Positions 45,735-56,127 of a stretch of DNA of 64,000 bases are shown here, piece after piece. Position numbers and translations under genes: made by a program. Source of the DNA: Parcubacteria group bacterium. GTDB taxonomy: Bacteria; Patescibacteriota; Minisyncoccia; UBA6257; UBA11618. Location of the stretch: assembly GCA_943357895.1 (NCBI GenBank), contig CALRGO010000003.1:15389-79388 (forward strand), given 5' to 3'. The stretch's first letter is position 1; each line of letters opens with the position of its first letter. The notes below the pieces were generated by a model, which ran no database searches, had not been told where the DNA came from, and worked only from the letters and a program-made list of their open reading frames with translations.

Positions 45735-46415
45735 ATGGCGCTTATACAGGCAGAGCAACTGACTAAAAAATACCAAGACGGCGAGACGGTTATTACCGCG
45801 CTCGGCGGCGTATCGCTGTCTATCGAGCACGGCGAATTCGTCGCGATTACCGGCCGCTCAGGGTCAGGTAAGAGTACGCTCTTTCACCAACTAGGACTCA
45901 TCGACAACCCCACGAGCGGCTCGCTTATGGTAGATGGCACGGATGCCTTGCGACTTACCGAAAAACAAAAGACGGGCTTTCGCCTTAAACACATCGGCTA
46001 TATCTTCCAAGACTTCGCTTTAATCCCCACGCTTACGGCGCTTGAAAACGTAGTGCTCCCGCTTTTAATGGCAGGCGTACCGCATGCGAAAGCCAATGAA
46101 ATTGCCGCCGCTACTTTAGCATCTGTCGGCCTCGAAGGCCGCGGCAAACACTTACCGAGCGAACTCTCGGGTGGTCAACAGCAACGCGTATCTATTGCCC
46201 GCGCCATAAGCCACAACCCAGCTTTGATATTAGCTGACGAGCCGACGGCAAACTTAGATCACGAATCATCCATACGCATCATGGGCATATTCAAAGCGCT
46301 CCGCGACCGCGGTATTACGGTAGTGATGATCACGCACGAAAACGAATACGCTAAAATGACGGACCGCGTCATCACCTTATTCGACGGCGTGATAGAAAAA
46401 GAAGAACGGAATTAA
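45735..46415 (+). CDS. ABC transporter ATP-binding protein (MacB/LolD-like)
   Basis: Walker A GRSGSGKST, signature LSGGQQQRVSIARA and Walker B ILADEPT. Confidence 0.9.
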   Translation: MALIQAEQLTKKYQDGETVITALGGVSLSIEHGEFVAITGRSGSGKSTLFHQLGLIDNPTSGSLMVDGTDALRLTEKQKTGFRLKHIGYIFQDFALIPTLTALENVVLPLLMAGVPHAKANEIAAATLASVGLEGRGKHLPSELSGGQQQRVSIARAISHNPALILADEPTANLDHESSIRIMGIFKALRDRGITVVMITHENEYAKMTDRVITLFDGVIEKEERN

Positions 46416-46690
46416 TTCCCCCTCTTACTTTTCCAGTTATAAATTGAAGCGAGTACACGGCCGATAGCATAGCCCACACAAAAACCTAAAACGACGAGCG
46501 CTACGGCACCGCCGAACGAAAACGGCTGAACTACCACGTCCATCTTTATGAAATGGAGCGCGAGACGAAAATTGACGAGCGCCTGCATCACGTCGGGCAT
46601 AAGCCACATCCCTAACGCCAAAAGAGTATGTAGTGTCGCTACTACCGTACCGACGGCGAACCCCGCCGCATTTTTATTTAATGTATGCAT
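46412..46690 (-). CDS. Small hydrophobic hypothetical protein (92 aa)
   Basis: Two or three TM helices. Convergent with the ABC ATPase gene, with a 4-nt overlap. Confidence 0.4.
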   Translation of the reverse strand: MHTLNKNAAGFAVGTVVATLHTLLALGMWLMPDVMQALVNFRLALHFIKMDVVVQPFSFGGAVALVVLGFCVGYAIGRVLASIYNWKSKRGN

Positions 46691-46710
46691 GATTAGAGTA
46701 TAGCAAGACG

Positions 46711-47667
46711 CTACACCGTAATCGAGTTCAAAAGCTTCTTGATATCCGCAAGCGACGCGTCGTCAAGCACGGAAATAGGAAGGATCTCCCGCTTAAGCGA
46801 CTTCAATGATTTAATAATTTCTTTAAGACGCTTTTCGTCAACATTATCCGTACGGGAAATAATTATGAATTCCGGCTTTTCGAGAAGTCCGGCGCTATGC
46901 GCACCAAGTTCCGCACGGATCACCTTATAGTCGGCTAACGGGTCGACAGCTGCCGCATCGATAAAGTGAAATAAAATACGCGTGCGCTCTATGTGCCGCA
47001 AAAACTTAATACCAAGCCCTTTGCCGGTCGAGGCGCCTTCGATGATACCCGGAATATCCGCAATCACCACGCCGTAATACATACCGAGGTGTGGCTCGAG
47101 CGTAGTAAACGCATAATCCGCAACCGGACTTTGCGCATTCGTAACCGCGTTCAAAAAGCTCGACTTGCCGACGTTCGGCAAACCGACGAGCCCCACGTCT
47201 GCAATAAGCTTAAGCTCGAGTTCGAGCGTAGACCCTTCGCCCACTAAACCTGCTTCCGCCCCCTTGGGCGTTGTATTAGTTGGCGAACGGAAGTGGAAGT
47301 TGCCTCTACCACCTACGCCGCCTTTCGCGACTAAGAGCCGCTGGCCGACGGTCGCGAGTTCGCACCACGTATTAGTGATTAAGTTCTTTACAAACGTACC
47401 GCGCGGCACAACAAGGGTAAGTTCTTTACCACGGTGCCCGTCGCGAAAGGACGAGCGCCCTGGCCGGCCATCGTCTGCCTTAAATGACTTTATGCGACGG
47501 TATTTACGAAGCGCACCTAAATCCGCCACCGCCTCCAAATAAATATCGCCCCCGTTGCCGCCACTGCCGCCGGTGGGCCCGAGCATCATCTTTACGCCAT
47601 TGAACGCAACAACACCGTCACCACCACGGCCCGCCTTCACCTTGATTATCGCGGTATCTATAAACAT
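46711..47667 (-). CDS. obg: GTPase Obg (short form without C-terminal OCT domain)
   Basis: Obg fold with Gly-rich GGDGG repeats plus G1 GLPNVGKSS and G3 DIPG. Confidence 0.85.
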   Translation of the reverse strand: MFIDTAIIKVKAGRGGDGVVAFNGVKMMLGPTGGSGGNGGDIYLEAVADLGALRKYRRIKSFKADDGRPGRSSFRDGHRGKELTLVVPRGTFVKNLITNTWCELATVGQRLLVAKGGVGGRGNFHFRSPTNTTPKGAEAGLVGEGSTLELELKLIADVGLVGLPNVGKSSFLNAVTNAQSPVADYAFTTLEPHLGMYYGVVIADIPGIIEGASTGKGLGIKFLRHIERTRILFHFIDAAAVDPLADYKVIRAELGAHSAGLLEKPEFIIISRTDNVDEKRLKEIIKSLKSLKREILPISVLDDASLADIKKLLNSITV

Positions 47668-47676
47668 GGCTTCGTA

Positions 47677-49143
47677 TTAAAAGGCGCCCAAGTCGAGCGT
47701 TTCGTCGAATTTTATTTGCTCGGTAAACTCGGCCATGTGGCTTACGACGATAAGCGCGCCCTGATATTCATCGAGCGCCTTAGCAATAATCGGTAAATGG
47801 CGGAAGTTGATGTGGTTTGTGGGCTCGTCTAAAATCAACAAGCTCGGCTGCTGCGCCATAAAGCGCGCGAAGCATAAAAGGCCTTTTTGCCCTTCTGATA
47901 AGGAACCGACGTGATTACGGAGTAATGCGTCGTCGAATAAGAAGCGCGATGCGCACGAGCGAAGCTCTTCTTCACTACCCTGCTTCATTACCGACAAGAG
48001 AGATTCGAATACCGTTTTCGATTCGTCGAGTGCCGAAAAGTCCTGTGCGTAGTAGCCAAGCGTTACGCCGTCGCCAAATTCCACGTCTTTAGCTTCACCC
48101 GCCGCAAGCTTTTTCAAGAAGGTAGTCTTACCCACGCCATTCGGGCCGCTGATTAAAAGTGCCTGACCTTTCTTAAGCGTCACATTCGTCTTCTTCGAAA
48201 CCGATTTGCCGTTCTTTACAATAGAAACAGCGCCGAGCTTCACGATAGGCCCCACAATATCGGGCGACGGAATGCGGAACTGCGCGATAGTCTTGTCTTC
48301 GTGCCGCATCTCCACCAACTGCTCTTCAAGCTCTTCAATTGCCTCGCGCATTTTACGCGCCACGTCACGCATATGGCCGCCCTTCTGCGCAAAAAAGTTC
48401 ATCTGGTCTTTGCGGTTAGAAATATCACGTTCTAAACGGGCGTTCTCACGGCGCTCACGGTCGATCTGCAAACGAATTTCCTCGACCACCTTCAAGTAGT
48501 CGCCTACGTACTGCTCGATTTTTTGCTTATAAATATCTAAATACAAAACGCCTTGCGTAAACGCGTTCAAAAACTGGGCATCGTGCGAAATAACGATAAC
48601 CGTCTTTTCATATTCCACGAGGAACTTTGTAAGGTGGGCAATACCCGCCTTGTCGAGGTTGTTCGTCGGCTCGTCGAGTAATAAAATATCGGGGTTTTGG
48701 ATAAGGGCGAAGGCTAAAAGCAAACGCGCCTGTTCGCCGCCCGAAAACTGACTGACTTTCTTTTCGATGGGCGCCGTAAGGTTAACGGCATCAAGTGCCT
48801 TTTTGGCGCGCGGCTCTATGTCATACACTTTCTGCTTAAAGGCGCCCTGAAAGAAATCGAGTACGGTCTTTTCCAAATCCTCGCGAGCGACCACCTGCGC
48901 GGCAATGGCGATTGAGGCGCCTTTGCGGATGTTCACCGCGCCTTCGTTCAACTTCAACTGCCCTAAGACCATTTCGAAGATGGTGGACTTGCCGGAGCCG
49001 TTTTGCCCCATAAGGGCGACTTTTGCCCGCTCACGCACGGCAAAATTAACCTCATCGAGTATCGGCCGGCGCTCGTTGTACGCAAACGACGCATCGCTAA
49101 AGCGAAGTATTACGTCGCCGTGGTTGTATTGTATCTGCGCCAT
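47677..49143 (-). CDS. ABC-F family ATPase (two tandem ABC domains, no TM domain)
   Basis: Two Walker A motifs (GQNGSGKST, GPNGVGKTT), two signatures (LSGGEQARL, LSEGQKGLL), and an inter-domain linker. Confidence 0.85.
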   Translation of the reverse strand: MAQIQYNHGDVILRFSDASFAYNERRPILDEVNFAVRERAKVALMGQNGSGKSTIFEMVLGQLKLNEGAVNIRKGASIAIAAQVVAREDLEKTVLDFFQGAFKQKVYDIEPRAKKALDAVNLTAPIEKKVSQFSGGEQARLLLAFALIQNPDILLLDEPTNNLDKAGIAHLTKFLVEYEKTVIVISHDAQFLNAFTQGVLYLDIYKQKIEQYVGDYLKVVEEIRLQIDRERRENARLERDISNRKDQMNFFAQKGGHMRDVARKMREAIEELEEQLVEMRHEDKTIAQFRIPSPDIVGPIVKLGAVSIVKNGKSVSKKTNVTLKKGQALLISGPNGVGKTTFLKKLAAGEAKDVEFGDGVTLGYYAQDFSALDESKTVFESLLSVMKQGSEEELRSCASRFLFDDALLRNHVGSLSEGQKGLLCFARFMAQQPSLLILDEPTNHINFRHLPIIAKALDEYQGALIVVSHMAEFTEQIKFDETLDLGAF

Positions 49144-49245
49144 ACTATGAGAAAATTATAATAACACGATTTTCTGCATAAAAAAAGCCTCGGGCGTACA
49201 TGATACACACCAAAGGCTAAAAGCACGTCCATTAAAAAACAACGT

Positions 49246-49815
49246 CTATACTTGAGCACCCTTAAAGAATTGCGCGTTGATGAAAATGGCAGATGCCACC
49301 ATAATCGCCTGCTGCGTAACATCCTCACGGGTTACTGCATTATTCGTTACAACGCCAACATAGCCCTCTTTTTGAGCAACGTCGTCCCGAGAAAGAAGAT
49401 CGTTCATAATACAACCCAAGCCGCTTTTGTCTTTCACAATCCGATCAACGATGTACTGAGGGGTAAGGCAGCCGGCGCTCGAGGCAAGTCCCTCCTCACG
49501 GCTATCCTTATTAAGGATAGCCACCCATGTGCGATCAAACCAACGCCCACCGCCATATGAAATACGACATAGACCCGCTTCCACACCAATGGAATAATCG
49601 GCATCAGGCACTAATCGCAATGCAGTTGCGGCACGATTAATTGCCCCCTGAACACATTCATTGTCGCTCATCGGTTGAGGCGCAATACCAGAATTGCACG
49701 CAAAGCCAAGAACCTGCAATTCGCAAAAAACACCGAACAGTCGCTGAAATGCAGCTTGCACGGCATCAATCTTTACGGGATTAGAAGACCCAACGACTAT
49801 CTTTATACGCTTCAC
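49246..49815 (-). CDS. Inosine/xanthosine triphosphatase (YjjX/Maf-Ham1-like non-canonical NTPase)
   Basis: 189 aa with the N-terminal motif VVGSSNPVKIDAV. Confidence 0.7.
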   Translation of the reverse strand: MKRIKIVVGSSNPVKIDAVQAAFQRLFGVFCELQVLGFACNSGIAPQPMSDNECVQGAINRAATALRLVPDADYSIGVEAGLCRISYGGGRWFDRTWVAILNKDSREEGLASSAGCLTPQYIVDRIVKDKSGLGCIMNDLLSRDDVAQKEGYVGVVTNNAVTREDVTQQAIMVASAIFINAQFFKGAQV

Positions 49816-49893
49816 GAAACACCTCCGTTTCTGGGTGAAAAAATTTCAATGAGCCACGCGTATAACCTACTCCCCTTTCTTTTTCAGTTCAAG

Positions 49894-50427
49894 TTAGATG
49901 GCGGCGAGCAGACTTTTGAATTTTTCTTTAAGGAGGGCGAGCTTCGGATTGATTACGATTTCGCAGTACGGGGCTGTTTTATTATTTTCGTAATAGTCCT
50001 GATGATAATCCTCCGCGTCGTAGAAGTCAGTAAGTGGCTTTAATTCCGTGACGATCTTGCCGCTCGCACTATCAGCGTTTAACTTCGCGATGAATGCTTC
50101 GGCCGCCGCCTTTTGCGCATCGTCCGTGTAAAGGATTATCGAGCGGTATTGTGTACCTACGTCACTACCCTGCTTATTAAGCGAAGTTGCGTCGTGCATG
50201 GCAAAAAATACCGTAAGGAGGTCGCTGTACGAAATATGCGCGGAGTCATAAATGACTTTCACGACTTCCGCGTGACCCGTGTCGCCAACACTAATACGCT
50301 CGTACGTGGGGTTAACAGTCGCACCGCCGGCATAACCAGAGATAACGCCCATGACGCCCTTCAATTCCTTGAATGCGGCTTCGATACACCAGAAGCATCC
50401 TCCGCCGAATACTGCTATCTCAGGCAT
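49894..50427 (-). CDS. msrA: Peptide methionine sulfoxide reductase MsrA
   Basis: GGGCFWC active-site motif. 177 aa. Confidence 0.9.
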   Translation of the reverse strand: MPEIAVFGGGCFWCIEAAFKELKGVMGVISGYAGGATVNPTYERISVGDTGHAEVVKVIYDSAHISYSDLLTVFFAMHDATSLNKQGSDVGTQYRSIILYTDDAQKAAAEAFIAKLNADSASGKIVTELKPLTDFYDAEDYHQDYYENNKTAPYCEIVINPKLALLKEKFKSLLAAI

Positions 50428-50436
50428 TAGTTTTTG

Positions 50437-51456
50437 CTAGAGAAGGTTAGGACGGTTAAAGAAGGAATTCTCTGCCTCTTTCGTGATGCGGATCAACATC
50501 TGTAATGCCTCGAGCGGGTAATTACCTGCCGCCGTTTCGTCTGAAAGCATAACAGCGTCCGTGCCGTCCCATACCGCGTTTGCGATATCCGAAACTTCGG
50601 CGCGCGTCGGGTACGGGCTATTCATCATCGACGAAAGCATCTGCGTGGCGGTAATAGAACCCTTGCCGTACCATGCGGCGGTGCGGATAAGGTGCTTTTG
50701 TACGTACGGTACTTTTTCGAGGGTTATTTCCGTACCCAAGTCGCCGCGGGCAACCATAACGGAATCAGACGCCTGCATGATAGCGTCGAGGTTCTTTAAG
50801 GCTAATGCCATTTCGATCTTCGCAACGATCTTCACCTTAGGGCCCACGAGCTCGCGCAGGCGGATGACGTCGTTAACATCCTGCACAAAGGAAAGCGCCA
50901 CGTAATCAACACCTTCAGCTACCGCAAACTTTACGTCCTCGATGTCCTTGTCCGTAAGGCCAGATGTCGTAAGTTTAGTATTAGGCACATTAACGCCCTT
51001 ATTGGAGAATAAGCGGCCGCCGCGGACAACCTTCGCGGTAAAGCGGTCGCCCGTAACGCCCGTAACGACTAATTCCATTTCGCCGGACGAAAGGTAGAGC
51101 GGGTCGTTAACCTTGATATCCTCGTGAATGCACGGGTCGCTGATATAAATTTCTTCGGGCTTACAACCTTCTTTATCGGTAGTGAATGTTATTACTTCGC
51201 CGTTCTTCAGCTCACGGCCTTCTGCGGGCATCGTGCCCACGCGCAGGCGCGGGCCCTTTAAGTCCTGCTGGATATAAACTGTCTTCCCGAGCGCCTTACA
51301 GGCTTCGGTAATGAGAGCCTTACGACTCCGGTACTCGTCGTACGTGCAGTGCGAAAAGTTCATACGGGCGATATCCAAGCCCGACTCGACGAATTTATAG
51401 ATCATCTCCTTCGACTCCGACTTCGGCCCGATTGTAGCAATAATTTTTGTACGCAT
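50437..51456 (-). CDS. pyk: Pyruvate kinase (339 aa; lacks the C-terminal allosteric domain)
   Basis: PK barrel motifs (IIATIGP, MVARGDLG). It ends after the A domain. Confidence 0.85.
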   Translation of the reverse strand: MRTKIIATIGPKSESKEMIYKFVESGLDIARMNFSHCTYDEYRSRKALITEACKALGKTVYIQQDLKGPRLRVGTMPAEGRELKNGEVITFTTDKEGCKPEEIYISDPCIHEDIKVNDPLYLSSGEMELVVTGVTGDRFTAKVVRGGRLFSNKGVNVPNTKLTTSGLTDKDIEDVKFAVAEGVDYVALSFVQDVNDVIRLRELVGPKVKIVAKIEMALALKNLDAIMQASDSVMVARGDLGTEITLEKVPYVQKHLIRTAAWYGKGSITATQMLSSMMNSPYPTRAEVSDIANAVWDGTDAVMLSDETAAGNYPLEALQMLIRITKEAENSFFNRPNLL

Positions 51457-51498
51457 AGGAAAATAAGCTTAGCACGGCGCATTAAAATAAACAAAAAA

Positions 51499-51530
51499 CC
51501 GCCGCACACGAAGTGTACGACGGCTAAAAA
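51499..51530 (-). terminator. Candidate intrinsic terminator downstream of pgeF
   Basis: The minus strand reads agccgtcgtacacttcgtgtgcggcgg followed by TTTTTTG. Confidence 0.45.
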
Positions 51531-51534
51531 AATG

Positions 51535-52290
51535 CTACTTTCGCGGTTGCATCCACGCAAGCACGAGATTTCGTCCGACTGACTCCCGATTATACAGATT
51601 CGAATGGTATGCCGGCTCGCCATTGATCGTGGCGCATGCCGTACAGAGCGGCTTCGTCTCCCGAAGAATTTGGCTATGTTTCAAGCCAAGCTCTAAAAGT
51701 TGGGAACGCATTAATGAAAAGAGATCGATTGATTTCTTCCCCACCGCCGGACCATTAGTTGCCGCAGCAGTCGGAAATTGACTGATGAGTGCATTTATAT
51801 GGCACTCTGGCAACCAATCAAGCCCGTAACAGCACGGACCGATGCCGTACGCAAGCCGCACCTTAACGGTTTTTCCATTAAACTCATGACGCTCGAAAAA
51901 CGTTTGCAAGATCCCCAAACCGCCATCCGGCTGGACAAGGCACTTCAGCCCGCAATGTAGAAGAGCGAGTCGATGCTCATCTTCATCGTAAACAATTGCC
52001 GCCGGACAATCGCCGTTTGTCATGCCGAGCGCCACGTTTGACTGGTTCGTCATTACACCATCAGAACATTCTTCTGACTGGAAAACTTTAGGCATAAGCT
52101 CTTTCCAACCAGCCGACGCCACAGACAAGCACTGCGTCGTAAAATTAGGACGCATGAGATGCATACGATCAAACGTATGCCCCGTGATCACTGATTTTTG
52201 CATCAGCTCCTGCCATACTGGCATTTCTTCGGCTTTCTTCGGCACACGGAAATTACCCTGCATCTTCCCATAAAGGGTATGGAATAACAC
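51535..52290 (-). CDS. pgeF: YfiH/PgeF family protein (Cu-oxidase_4 / peptidoglycan editing factor)
   Basis: Conserved motifs LLHCGLKC and GIGPCCYG. GTG start with a GAGGAG SD 6 nt upstream. Confidence 0.7.
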   Translation of the reverse strand: MLFHTLYGKMQGNFRVPKKAEEMPVWQELMQKSVITGHTFDRMHLMRPNFTTQCLSVASAGWKELMPKVFQSEECSDGVMTNQSNVALGMTNGDCPAAIVYDEDEHRLALLHCGLKCLVQPDGGLGILQTFFERHEFNGKTVKVRLAYGIGPCCYGLDWLPECHINALISQFPTAAATNGPAVGKKSIDLFSLMRSQLLELGLKHSQILRETKPLCTACATINGEPAYHSNLYNRESVGRNLVLAWMQPRK

Positions 52291-52397
52291 GACATTCTCC
52301 TCTCAAAAAAAGGGTTCTGAAAGTTGGAAACTTGTAAGTTTTCAAAGATACTCACGCAAATATATTATGGCATTAATATCTATATACGTCAACTTTT

Positions 52398-53591
52398 TTA
52401 CGGCAGAAAATCTTTCGCGCGGCGGCGGATGTGGCGAGCGCGGCTCACGCGGTGCGCCTCGTCGCGGACGCGGATCATGATTTCTTTCGTGCCGCACTTT
52501 GGCATAGTGCCTATAAATACGTTGTTTTTTCTCTCTGCTCCTTTTGCGATACCCACCACGGGGATTTTTAAATTAAATTCATTAAGGACAACCCGTGCCA
52601 TATTCACTTGGCCTAATCCACCGTCTACCAAAATACCGTCTGGTAACGGCCACGCCTTGTTTTCGAACCGGCGCGTTAAAACTTCGCGCATCATACCTAC
52701 GTCGTTTGGCCCCGTAACGGTACGGATATTAAACGTACGATATTCGGCTAAATCCCTAACGCCGTCCGTAAACACAACCATCGCGCCCACCGCGTTTGTA
52801 CCTGATATATTCGATATGTCGTATCCTTCGATACGACCTATAGGACCACCCAGATCTTCGTCTTTACCGATAAGGGCGGTTTCTTGGATGTGCTGTAGGG
52901 CAAAGAGTTTGCGTTTTATGGACTCCGCTTTCTCAAACTGCAAGGACTTTGCGTACTTTTGCATATCCGCCTCGAGCCCACAAATTATTTTTTTCTTTTC
53001 GCCACGGAAGAATAATTTAAGATTACGGATGTTCTTCGCATAATCAGTTTTGGTTATACCGCCCGTGCAAACGGCGGGGCATAACCCCAACTGGCAATTA
53101 AAGCAGGGCTTATCCCCCCTTTTACCTTCTTTTAAGTGATCGCTCCACGGAAAAATATTACGGATTATGCGGAGTGCCGCGCGGGCAGATGAGGCGGAGA
53201 CAAACGGACCATATAATTCACCTTCGTCGCCCGCCAAATCTTTACCCCGCACAAGAAGCACTCGCGGAAAGATATCTTTAGTAAAAACGACGTATAAAAA
53301 ACTTTTATCGTCCTTCTCGCGGATGTTGTAGGGCGGCATATGCCGCTTAATGAGCTGGCTTTCAAGAATCAACGCCTCGATAGAGGTATCCGTATCCTCG
53401 TGGTCGATGGTAACTATTTCAGAAACTAAGCTTTCTATACGACTGTCATGTGGGCGCAAAAAATAACTCGAAACCCTGCGATGCAGGTTTGCCGCCTTAC
53501 CAACGTATAAAATGCCGCCCGCGGCGTTTTTCATGATATAGACGCCTGCTGTTGTCGGCAGGTTTTTATATAAGTTCTCGCGCGAGCTCAT
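52398..53591 (-). CDS. uvrC: Excinuclease ABC subunit C (compact 397-aa form without C-terminal HhH2)
   Basis: GIY-YIG domain (YIMKNAAGGILYVGKA), Cys-rich plus UVR motif, and RNase-H-like domain. It ends before the (HhH)2 region. Confidence 0.85.
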   Translation of the reverse strand: MSSRENLYKNLPTTAGVYIMKNAAGGILYVGKAANLHRRVSSYFLRPHDSRIESLVSEIVTIDHEDTDTSIEALILESQLIKRHMPPYNIREKDDKSFLYVVFTKDIFPRVLLVRGKDLAGDEGELYGPFVSASSARAALRIIRNIFPWSDHLKEGKRGDKPCFNCQLGLCPAVCTGGITKTDYAKNIRNLKLFFRGEKKKIICGLEADMQKYAKSLQFEKAESIKRKLFALQHIQETALIGKDEDLGGPIGRIEGYDISNISGTNAVGAMVVFTDGVRDLAEYRTFNIRTVTGPNDVGMMREVLTRRFENKAWPLPDGILVDGGLGQVNMARVVLNEFNLKIPVVGIAKGAERKNNVFIGTMPKCGTKEIMIRVRDEAHRVSRARHIRRRAKDFLP

Positions 53592-53592
53592 A

Positions 53593-56127
53593 TTATTTCA
53601 TCACCCGCTTCAAATATTCCCCCGTGTGACTTTTGGGGGAATTCGCTATCGCTTCGGGGGTACCGACAGCGACGACTGCCCCACCGCCAATACCACCTTC
53701 TGGCCCCATGTCTATCACCCAGTCCGCGGTTTTTATAACGTCCAAGTTATGCTCAATAACGACTACGGTATTGCCGCGGTCGACGAGGCGGTTTAAAACC
53801 GTAAGCAAATTTTTAATGTCCGAAAAGTGTAAGCCCGTCGTCGGCTCGTCGAGCAAGTACAACGTCTTCCGCGTATCACGTTTACCGAGCTCCGCCGCGA
53901 GCTTTATGCGCTGAGCTTCGCCGCCCGAAAGCGTCGTAGCCGACTGACCGAGCGTTATATAGCCCAAACCGACTTCGTTTAAAATCTTTAACTGGTCGTG
54001 CAACCATGGAATTTCTTTAAAAAATTCTTCGGCTTCTTCGACAGTAGTTTGAAGCACATCGTAAATATTTTTGCCTTGGTATTCCACCTCGAGCGTTTCA
54101 CGGTCGAACCGCTTGCCTTTACATACTTCACAGGTCACATGTATTGTGGGCAAAAAATGCATCTCGATGGCTATTTCGCCATGACCTTCGCAGTTTTCGC
54201 ACCGGCCGCCTTTTACGTTAAAGCTAAAACGGCCGACCTTGTACCCACGTACCCGCGCATCGGGCGTTGCGGCAAAGAGCTCGCGGATGTGCGTCCATGC
54301 GCCCACATAGGTGGCGGGGTTAGACCGCGGGGTACGGCCAATAGAGCCCTGGTCGACGTTTATCACGCGCGTAAGGTATTCCCCGCCGAATATCTCTTGA
54401 TCGGGAATCAATTTATGATTCGCACCGTTAAACGAATTAGCAAACTTTTTATACAGCACGTCGTACACTAAGGAGCTTTTGCCGCTGCCAGAAACGCCCG
54501 TTACAGCAACGAACCTACCAAGTGGAATATCAACGCTAATATTGCGCAAATTGTTCATATGCGCATTGCGGATTTTTAACACCGGCGCGTTTTTTACCAC
54601 TTTGCGACGTTCGGGGATCTCGATCTTTACGTCGCCGCGCAAATAATCGAGCGTAAGGGATTTTTGCTTAGCGTCCTTGAGAATAGCCGGTATCGGGCCT
54701 TCTGCTACGACCATTCCCCCATGCACGCCTGCCGCAGGGCCGATATCTACCAACCAATCTGACGCGCGAATAGTATCCTCGTCGTGCTCCACAATGATTA
54801 TGCTATTGCCCAAGTCGCGCAGTTCTTTAAGCGTAGCTATCAGCCGGTCGTTATCTCGCTGGTGCAACCCAATAGTAGGCTCATCTAAAATATATAACGT
54901 GCCGACGAGCCGCGAGCCGATTTGGGACGCCAAGCGAATGCGTTGGCTTTCGCCGCCGGACAAGGTGCCCGACTTACGCTCGAGCGCTAAGTAATCGAGG
55001 CCGACGTTTATCATGAATTTAAGACGGTTCCTAATTTCCTTAATCGGCAGTTCCGCCACTTCATACACCGTGTTTTCTTTTTTCTCCGCCTGCTCGAATA
55101 ATATAACGTCGAGCTCGTCAAAAAATGCGTACGCGTCTTTTATCGACATGTTGACGACAGTCGAAATATTTTTGCCGTTTATTAAAACCGAAAGCGCTTC
55201 TTCCTTAAGACGTTTACCTAAACAAACTTTACACGGGTCTTCGCTCCATACGCTCTCCGTCCCCAACCCATGGCATTCGGCACAGGCGCCGTACGGACTG
55301 TTGAACGAAAATAAGCGCGGCTCAATTTCGGGGAAGGAAAAGCCGTCACGCGGGCACGTAAACTTTGCCGACAAGGCGACCTCTTCGTCCGTAATTATCG
55401 TTACTACGTCCTGCCCGTATTTAAGCGCCGCACCGATGGCCTCTGATAGACGTAGGCGATTATCTTTTTCACTGAAGTCGAGCGATGTGGGGATGCGGTC
55501 TACCACTAAATCAATGGTATGCGCCTTATTACGGTCGAGCACTACCCGCTCGCGGAGCGACCGCAACTCGCCGTTAATACGCGCTTCGGAATAGCCGGCG
55601 TTTAAAAAGTTATAAAACATTTGGTAGTACTCGCCTTTACGCCCCCGTACCACCGGCGCCATAATCACCATATTCCGTTTGCCCTCGGCTTTCTTTGCGA
55701 TATTCACGGCTACATCCACTATCTGCTCGTTCGTCATCTTCCGTATTTCCGACCCGCACTTGGGGCAAAACGGCGTGCCGACGCGCGCGTAGAGCACGCG
55801 CAAGTAATCGTAAATTTCGGTAATGGTTGCGACTGTGGAGCGCGGATTACCCGAATGACTCTTTTGGTCAATCGAAATTGCGGGCGACAAACCCTCAATT
55901 TCATCTACATCCGGCTTATCGAGCGAACCTAAAAACTGCCGCGCATATGCGGAAAGCGATTCGATATACCGGCGCTGGCCTTCGGCAAAGATTGTGTCAT
56001 ACGCCAAGGACGATTTGCCGGACCCCGAAGGGCCAGTAAAAACCACAATCTTATTGCGCGGAATAATAAGCGAAACGTTTTTAAGGTTATGCTCTCGTGC
56101 GCCTTTTATACTAATTACGTCTTTCAT
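53593..56127 (-). CDS. uvrA: Excinuclease ABC subunit A (844 aa)
   Basis: Two ABC modules ([18 protein letters not shown]), zinc-finger Cys pairs and signature motifs. It overlaps uvrB by 4 nt. Confidence 0.92.
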   Translation of the reverse strand: MKDVISIKGAREHNLKNVSLIIPRNKIVVFTGPSGSGKSSLAYDTIFAEGQRRYIESLSAYARQFLGSLDKPDVDEIEGLSPAISIDQKSHSGNPRSTVATITEIYDYLRVLYARVGTPFCPKCGSEIRKMTNEQIVDVAVNIAKKAEGKRNMVIMAPVVRGRKGEYYQMFYNFLNAGYSEARINGELRSLRERVVLDRNKAHTIDLVVDRIPTSLDFSEKDNRLRLSEAIGAALKYGQDVVTIITDEEVALSAKFTCPRDGFSFPEIEPRLFSFNSPYGACAECHGLGTESVWSEDPCKVCLGKRLKEEALSVLINGKNISTVVNMSIKDAYAFFDELDVILFEQAEKKENTVYEVAELPIKEIRNRLKFMINVGLDYLALERKSGTLSGGESQRIRLASQIGSRLVGTLYILDEPTIGLHQRDNDRLIATLKELRDLGNSIIIVEHDEDTIRASDWLVDIGPAAGVHGGMVVAEGPIPAILKDAKQKSLTLDYLRGDVKIEIPERRKVVKNAPVLKIRNAHMNNLRNISVDIPLGRFVAVTGVSGSGKSSLVYDVLYKKFANSFNGANHKLIPDQEIFGGEYLTRVINVDQGSIGRTPRSNPATYVGAWTHIRELFAATPDARVRGYKVGRFSFNVKGGRCENCEGHGEIAIEMHFLPTIHVTCEVCKGKRFDRETLEVEYQGKNIYDVLQTTVEEAEEFFKEIPWLHDQLKILNEVGLGYITLGQSATTLSGGEAQRIKLAAELGKRDTRKTLYLLDEPTTGLHFSDIKNLLTVLNRLVDRGNTVVVIEHNLDVIKTADWVIDMGPEGGIGGGAVVAVGTPEAIANSPKSHTGEYLKRVMK

